From NCBI RefSeq assembly GCF_006345805.1, contig NC_043009.1, positions 66,960,001 to 67,024,000 of the forward strand: 64,000 nucleotides of DNA. Reading direction: 5' to 3'. The notes below the pieces were generated by a model. That model did not search any database. It had not been told where the DNA came from and saw only the letters and a list, made by a program, of their open reading frames with translations. The position numbers and the translations under genes are program-made. Shown piece after piece: positions 57,230-64,000 of the stretch. The DNA comes from Octopus sinensis. Taxonomy: Eukaryota. How positions within the stretch are numbered: the first letter of the stretch is position 1; every line of letters starts with the position of its first letter.

Positions 57230-57298
57230 TCAGCAATCTGTCCCACCACCGGTCTGTTGCTGGAACACATCTATTGTGTCATTATCTTCCATTTCCAA
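57230..57298 (-). CDS. SUMO: SUMO last coding exon: LEMEDNDTIDVFQQQTGG-GTDC-stop
   Basis: AG acceptor at 57299-57300. Canonical QQTGG di-glycine, short pro-peptide, TGA at 57230-57232. Confidence 0.97.
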   Translation of the reverse strand: MEMEDNDTIDVFQQQTGGGTDC

Positions 57299-57532
57299 CT
57301 GAAAACAAGACAAAAAAAAAAAATACATTTATTTTTCTTTCGATACAGACAAGAGAGAGAGAGAGAAGGAAAATAAAATTAAAACTGCCTCGGTTATTTT
57401 TTTACATTGTTTGCATGTAATAATTTCATAAAATTATCTTCATATTACATTAACAGGTATTTGCCTCCAGCCATGACCAACAACTCAGAACATTGTAAAC
57501 TAGTCAACCTGACAGTCACTCGATGGAATAAA

Positions 57533-57871
57533 TCTCTCTATATATAAATGGCAAAATGTCTGTGAGTGTGTGTCCTTTATACAAATCCACAATTTTTCAG
57601 TTAGAGGGCTCGCACTTTCTATGGTCATTCAAAACCGTCCAAGGGTGGTCATGCACATCTTTACATTTCCCCAGTCACCCCACAAAGCCATTAAAAAAAA
57701 TCAATAGAAGTGACTTTTTTGTGAATTTTCTATCCAAAACCCAATCAAAATGACCGAAAGTTGATATGCCAATTGAATGCCAGCTAGCTGTATGTGATTG
57801 GTCGGAGATTTGGACAGTACTCGTGTGCATGTGCACACACACGCAGCTGTATATGCATGCACTAACACTAG
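57533..57871 (+). mobile_element. Non-autonomous Helitron, second copy, in the last SUMO intron; 3' hairpin deleted
   Basis: Colinear with 43372-43739; TC start and CTAG|T end. Confidence 0.85.
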
Positions 57872-58346
57872 TGATAGTATTAAATACACCAATAATTAGC
57901 AGAAAAGGAAAATTATAAACAGGCTTGAAACCCTCAACTAAGGCACTTCATAACAAAAATGTCTGCATGTCTGTCTATCTTGCAGACATACATCAACACC
58001 AGAATTTTTTTTTTCTTCTTTTAAATCTGCAGTAAACAACCACAAACCTGACATGTAAATAATTTTGCTGTCAAACTTGACAAAACAACCTAGCAGGTAA
58101 CAACCATAGCTTTTGAGAAAATTCCTACAAATTTAAAGAAAGCCATTGTTTGATCATCTTATGTAAAGCACACTACCATAAGCTTACATTATTTATGAGG
58201 CTGACTCAGACTTGAAGAACTATCATCCAGACTTGTGGTTTAGCAAGCTATAAAATTACAAGCTACATCAATACAGAAATATATGGATTTACAAAGATGA
58301 CTAAATTAAACAAGTTGCCTTCAAAGCAATTTAATAATTCATTTAC

Positions 58347-58418
58347 CTGTGAAGGTGTGTCTTTCTCTCCGATTGCCTGCCCATCAAACATGAACCGCAC
58401 CGAACCTGGCCGAACACC
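58347..58418 (-). CDS. SUMO: SUMO coding exon 3: GVRPGSVRFMFDGQAIGEKDTPSQ
   Basis: 72 nt, phase 0. AG at 58419-58420; GTAAAT donor at 58346. Matches the SUMO RFxFDGQxIxExDTP motif. Confidence 0.96.
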
Positions 58419-58909
58419 CTGGAAACAGTAGAAAAAAAAATTAATATTAATAACACATTGAAAGCAACCCACTTCTTCCCAGCTATATATGCTTAATACA
58501 CCAAAGCCAAAGAAAGCCACCCTCTCAACACTTGGCCATCAAAGTTGCAGATACTCAGCCATTTCTACCCAATTTTGAAGTAAAGGTAGTAAGTAGCTAT
58601 CGATCTGAGTGATTATAATCATTGTAGATGACTCTCTCCAGATCAGCCCTAATCAAGGGACACAGATACACAGTGAGGACATGAAGTGTAAGGTAGCCGG
58701 AGGAGGGGGGGTATGTGGCATAATGTGAAGTTGATTGAAGAAGCAGACATTTCATCAAAACAAGTCAGAATCAAAGTGGCCTGCAATTTGCAGAATGGTA
58801 CTTCTTCCATAAGACAATGCAGACTAATTAATCCATAGCATTTTTAGAAGTAAGCACAATCAGCAGATCAACAGGTATGAATCATCACAAAATAAAATTT
58901 ATAGATTAA

Positions 58910-59129
58910 CCCTTTCGTTACCAACGCAGCTGAAACAGGCTCTGGATCTGAGTACAAATGTCTTGTTTTCATAAATTTTGAATTAAAATCTTCCACCAAA
59001 CCTTAGTCACAATTTATGTTCCTAACACTAGCTTAATGATAACTAAGTTATTTTACTAAATTCTTTGTTATATCTAAAATAATTGAAAGAAACACAGAGT
59101 ATCTCAAAATAAATACTGTAATGAAAGGG
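58910..59129. mobile_element. piggyBac-like MITE in SUMO intron
   Basis: TTAA flanks; TIRs ccctttcgttac / gtaatgaaaggg. Confidence 0.85.
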
Positions 59130-59450
59130 TTAATTTGAAAAGATTAAAAATGTCACATGTTAACATTTCTACATGAGGTGGACCAAGCAACAAACTGCAG
59201 GAAGGGGTCGGGATTACAAATAAACGATTTTTAGGAATAGAAAGAAATTACTGATATTCTATTTATTCAACATGAACTAAGCTCTGCAACCAAATTCCAA
59301 ACTAAACTGTATCTTTTAGAGATGCTGCCAATTACAATTATTTTAAGTTGGATTGTTTCAGATGGGCAAATTATCAGGTTTTATTAATTACTGAAATGAC
59401 AACTATTTCAAGTGAAGACTAGGGACTGAGAGTTATGAATATATATTTAA

Positions 59451-59614
59451 CCCTTTAGCATCCAGATTATTCTGTCAAATGTAAGGCTTATTTATCCACA
59501 TTGTCTGGAATTTATCATGCATTGTCTTGTAGCTTTGAGATTTCAATGATGACAGCTGAACATACAACAGGAAGAATATTTTGGCCAGACACAGTTGGTT
59601 TAAATGCTAAACGG
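59451..59614. mobile_element. piggyBac-like MITE (same family as 53128-53347, reversed and internally deleted)
   Basis: TTAA flanks; TIRs ccctttagca / tgctaaacgg; shared internal sequence tcttgtagctttgagatttc. Confidence 0.75.
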
Positions 59615-60009
59615 TTAAACTGGTTTTTTTCCAGCATTTTCTTGAAGTAATATCCACTTGTTCTTAAAATTACTAATTTCAGTTTAATTAAAAATATAAT
59701 TATAGCAAAACCACCCAGATTCTCACATAATACCATAAGGATATAACTGTATAAGTAACCACAACTGTTGCTGTGTCCTTAAACCACATCGTATCACAAG
59801 TATTGGTTAAGGCTATTAAAAAAAAATTTTTTTAAGAACTAGACACCATTCTGTACAAGAAATAAAGTTTAGCATCATTTCAGAAAGGACTGTCAAAAGC
59901 CTTCCTGTTTTAACCAAGTGTTTTTTTGGGGTTTTTTTCCAAAACATCACAGCAATTAATACCTTAAGTGGAGAATTAAGATTCGGTAATGTCATTAATA
60001 AAATTAAGG

Positions 60010-60430
60010 TGACAAACTGGTAGAATCATTAGTGCAGACAAAATGCTTAGCTACATTTCATATATCTTCAAATTCCACCAAGGTCAACTTTGTTTTTCAT
60101 GCTTTCATGCTTGATACAAAATTAGTACAAGTCATGTACTGGGGGTCAAAGTAATTGACTTATCCACACCCCACCCGCTCTCCTGAACTTGCTGGTCTGG
60201 TGCCAAGATTTTGAAACCATTATTTATGAAAATAACAGTAGCAAGCTGGCAGAATCATTGGTGAACCAGGTAAAATGCTCAGTGACATTTCATCCATCTT
60301 GACATTCTGTGTTCAAATACCACCAAGGTTGACTTTGCCTTTCAAAGTCAGTAAACAAAGTACCAGTTGAACAAGGGGTGGAGTTCAATGTAATCAAATT
60401 CCCCCTCCCCACAAAAATTTTAAAATCATT
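60010..60430 (+). mobile_element. Two CpG-depleted SINE monomers in SUMO intron
   Basis: gcaagctggcagaatcattgg...caccaaggttgactttgcc is the array-family SINE with CG changed to TG/CA. Confidence 0.7.
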
Positions 60431-63400
60431 TATTAAATGAAAATAATCAGTGATATTTCAGTGTCACCTGTACACACCAGCTGTATGATGCTGGGATTTA
60501 TCAAGTGTTGGCAGAAAGGGAAGATACGTAGTTGATAATAGCACTGATGTTTTTGTTAGTGATGTAGACCCTGCAAAAAAGGTTTTGACACAGGATGAGC
60601 ACTGAGACCTCAAGTTATGCACATTAAAAGAGTAACGCTATCTTCATGCAATGAGAGTCAGAGACAACTGGAACAGAAATTCAGCTCCTAAACAGGATAT
60701 CTAAGCCCAGGAACCAAAGCCTTGTACATTTATGTGAAACACCTACAATGTAATCAAATTACAGCATTCATCCTGCCTGGGTAGGTGAAAATGACAAATA
60801 TTTTCACCATATACACCAGCAATTGAATTGTTTCAAAAAGTTTTATCTAAATTCAAGAAATAGTTTAAATTTTCGTTAATATTTTGAAGATTTATACACT
60901 AGTCTAACAGTATTTTATGAAAATTTCTACAGAGAAAGCACTATAGAAATTCTCAAAGTTAAGGATTCACCAAGTCTGACATTCAACAGTCCAGTTTATT
61001 GAGTTACCTAAATACTAAAATAGGTACGGTTAGATTTATGTGTAAATCTAGCATATATTTCCATATTGTCTTAAAGACAATATCTAAAATATCAGGAAAC
61101 AAAAACCAAAATCTTTCTTTTATATGAAAATTAGTCTACAAGGTAGCTAATAGTTTTCTACAGTTCAATTTTCTTTTAGCTCAACTCCCCACAGCCTAGA
61201 TTTACACATGGGAATCTAGTATTTCCATAATTGTCTGGATTGATTCACTAACATTTTCAGATTTGATATTCTTATGGCAAAAAAAAAAAGTATTTCGAAA
61301 AATGAAATTATTCAAGAATTAAACAATTTTAAGCCATTAATTTTATACATTAAAACAGTAACTATATAATTGATATTTTCTAAATAGCTGCACAAAGTAA
61401 TGAGGGAATATATCAGCTTGAATATGTTCAGCACATCTTTGAGTCTGCAGAAGCCTTTTCACATCAGCTTAGTGTGGAGACAAAAAAAAAAACTCTTGCT
61501 TTAGTTAAAAAGATGTCAACCTAAAGCAAGAATTTTTCTCTGGCAAACAGCAGTGAAAAAGTCTTTACAGGTTTTTGTGTCACAAACACAGCTGAACTTA
61601 CCTAAAGACAACGTACTTATTACAAACTTAATTAAAAAAAAAACTGATTTCTTGACCTAAATCTCCATTTTTTTCTGGCACTGATTAAAAAAAAAAACCA
61701 GGAGTGACAAAATTTCAAACCAACTCCTTTAGTTATGCTATAAACGTACAAAAACATTTATTTTACTTCTAGAAATTGGAACTAATCTGCACACAAAACA
61801 CTAATTTTCTTGCTTAGAACTCCTTTCTCCATGCTAGAGTTATTTTTCTTCTTACAAGTATAATTGCATAAATATTTAAAAAAAAAAAAAAAAAAAAAAA
61901 ACATTCTGTTCAGAATCCCATGCTGACTCAACTAGAAAGTAAGGGACATTTTAACATTTCATGTTCGTTCAGCACTAGATGACAGCAAAGTTATTATACT
62001 CAAAACCAGGTGCACTTTACTTTGAGAACACATGTTTAACATTTTCAAGATTTGAACTCACCATTAATCAAAGACTAAAAAAAAAAAATTCAAAATACTG
62101 CAGAATTTTAGACAATGGTACCACTCTGCCAGTGAAAGAGTGTAAAATATTACTGGTACAAAACAGTGACTCCCAACCAGGGTCCATAAGATTTAGTCGT
62201 TAAAAATTATTTGCAATAAATAAGTTATACTTCTACAATACAATGTTTGAATTTTTTATGTAAATCCTAATATATTTAATTATAGAAATATAATGGGGCT
62301 TTTTTAAACTTCAAATGGCTCTGGGGATCCATTAGAGTGAAACAGGAACCAAAGGAATCCAGAGGCAGGAACAAAACAGCTAAGACCCACTGGTTGATGT
62401 TACTTTAGCACCCAATATTTTACGAGCTATGAAATTACCCAATCTGGGTTAGGGTCACATTGCATAGGAAGTGACCAGGTAGACCACACAGTTAATGACC
62501 CTTAAATATTGTCTAGTAGGAAGATGGATGAACAAAGTTGATCTTAACAGAATGAAAAGCATGGCTAAATAATAGCAGAATTCTTTTAGGGGTCTCAGTC
62601 ATTGAACAGCCATGTTGGGACACTGCTTTCAATGGGTTTAGTCATTTCAATTGATCCCAATATTTTGTGTGGTACTTATTTTACCCAGCCCTACACTGCA
62701 TGGTACCTTTGGACAAGTGTCCCCTACAGCCTCAAGTTGACCTGTACCACGAATAAAATTTGGTCAGAAACTATGCAGAAGTTGTGTGTCTATCCATTTA
62801 CACCAATCTAAAAAGAAAAAAAGAACAATGCTTATGCTGTGCCTCTTTATGTCCAATAACTTTGCAGTTCAACAAAGCGATGAAGAAAGTAAGGGCTACA
62901 TAGAAATAAGTTGTAGGGCCAACACAACTGGATTCATGGAAGCTGGCACTGCAGCACCTCTGCAGTCCAATGACAACCAGTTTGGGACTAGAAGTCATTA
63001 TAATTTGATACTGAAAGGAGTCAACTATTTTATTAATCTTGAAGGCAAACACACCGTGGGACATTAGCAATCAAATCAAGATGTTCTGGGTACTAATGAC
63101 TAGCAATAAGGAAGGTTTCTGGGAATAAGATATATTAGTCAGTGCTATGGTTGATACAAGTAGCCAATCGGTTGTGATAATACTGATTATCCCATCTTTG
63201 CTACTATTTCTAGTAATTTGAGAATCATGTAGAGCAGGCCTGGGGAACCTTTCAAAAGGGGCAGATTGGCAGGAGACCTTGTTCATCATCAGGTGGGTGG
63301 AGCCAAGGTAAAATCTTCATTAGGCACCATTCAGAAAGTTCTGTGGGTCACGTTTGACATGAAGGGACAGACAGGCTCCATCATAAACATTCATTTATGT

Positions 63401-63697
63401 AAAAAGCACCAATCCGATCGTGGCTGTTGCCAGCCTCGCCTGGTCCCTGTGCTGGTGGCACTTTAAAAGCACCCACTACGGAGTGGTTGGCGTTAGGAAG
63501 GGCATCCAGCTGTAGAAACCGTGCCAGATCAGACTGGAGCCTGGTGTAGCCTCCTGGCTTCCCAGACCCCGGTTCAACCGTCCAACCTGTGCTAAACGAT
63601 AAGATCTTGTGAAGATATATTTCAGCATGGCATTTAAAACAGCTTTAAATCAAGAAAGAAAATAAAAAGAGAAAGTGTTAAAACCAAAAATGCTTAC

Positions 63698-63829
63698 GGC
63701 TCTTTCCACATAGGCGCTCATTAACTTCTTTAACGCTGTGTGCTTTCTGATTTTAAAATGAACTACACTACCATCCTGGCCAACCACTTTCAAATTGACA
63801 TGTTCACTGTCCATTTTTACCTCATCAAC
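63698..63829 (-). CDS. SUMO: SUMO (SUMO2/3, Smt3-type) coding exon 2: [44 protein letters not shown]
   Basis: 132 nt, 44 codons. Polypyrimidine tract and AG acceptor at 63830-63831; GTAAGC donor at 63697. Matches the SUMO NLKVxGQDGSVVxFKI motif. Exon 1 is outside the window. Confidence 0.96.
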
Positions 63830-64000
63830 CTGGAAAGACAAAGAGAAAAACAAAAAAAAAACTGAGACTAAACTTTAACCAATAAAAGTCAATTTCATTA
63901 TACACTTATTACTAAACTAACAAAAGATTTGCACCATTCTGCATTGCCAGCAATCGGATTGCCTACCGTTTTTTTTTTTTAGTAAACAAAGCCATTGGAA

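Noticed and set aside
58765-58888. Intronic C/D-box snoRNA candidate (GTGATGA...CTGA, minus strand)
   Set aside because: No terminal stem and no recognisable guide; such motifs are expected by chance in AT-rich introns.
62164-62392. hAT/Charlie-like ends (cagtgactcccaacc ... agacccactg); similar at 9734-9855
   Set aside because: TIR match is limited to about 5 bp and there is no 8-bp TSD.

Overview
Eukaryotic, microsatellite-dense animal DNA. The SINE families and repeat landscape suggest an octopus or other coleoid cephalopod; this is inferred, not checked. The only recognisable host gene is a SUMO2/3-type gene on the minus strand, with three coding exons at 63698-63829, 58347-58418 and 57230-57298; exon 1 lies beyond the window. 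The other ~50 kb is intergenic: microsatellites, several SINE families (three as head-to-tail arrays), Tc1/mariner relics (a DD34D mariner with an intact catalytic core, two DD36E-spaced Tc1-like copies, one maT-like copy), RTE-like LINE 3' ends, an L1/Tx1-like ORF1 relic, a Penelope-like (PLE) ORF relic, non-autonomous Helitrons and MITEs. Top leads: (1) a perfect 213-bp inverted repeat at 38530-38982 with a hammerhead ribozyme fold on each strand, plus other hammerhead motifs; (2) SINE arrays whose seven junctions share GAAATA-G(G)-TATTTC (one diverged), as expected if the RNA 3' tail pairs with the re-entry site; (3) a Helitron whose 3' end is an 18-bp palindrome, collapsed in a second copy; (4) CpG decay restricted to the SUMO locus. 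Almost all ORFs in the supplied track are microsatellite artefacts. All alignments and folds were done by eye.
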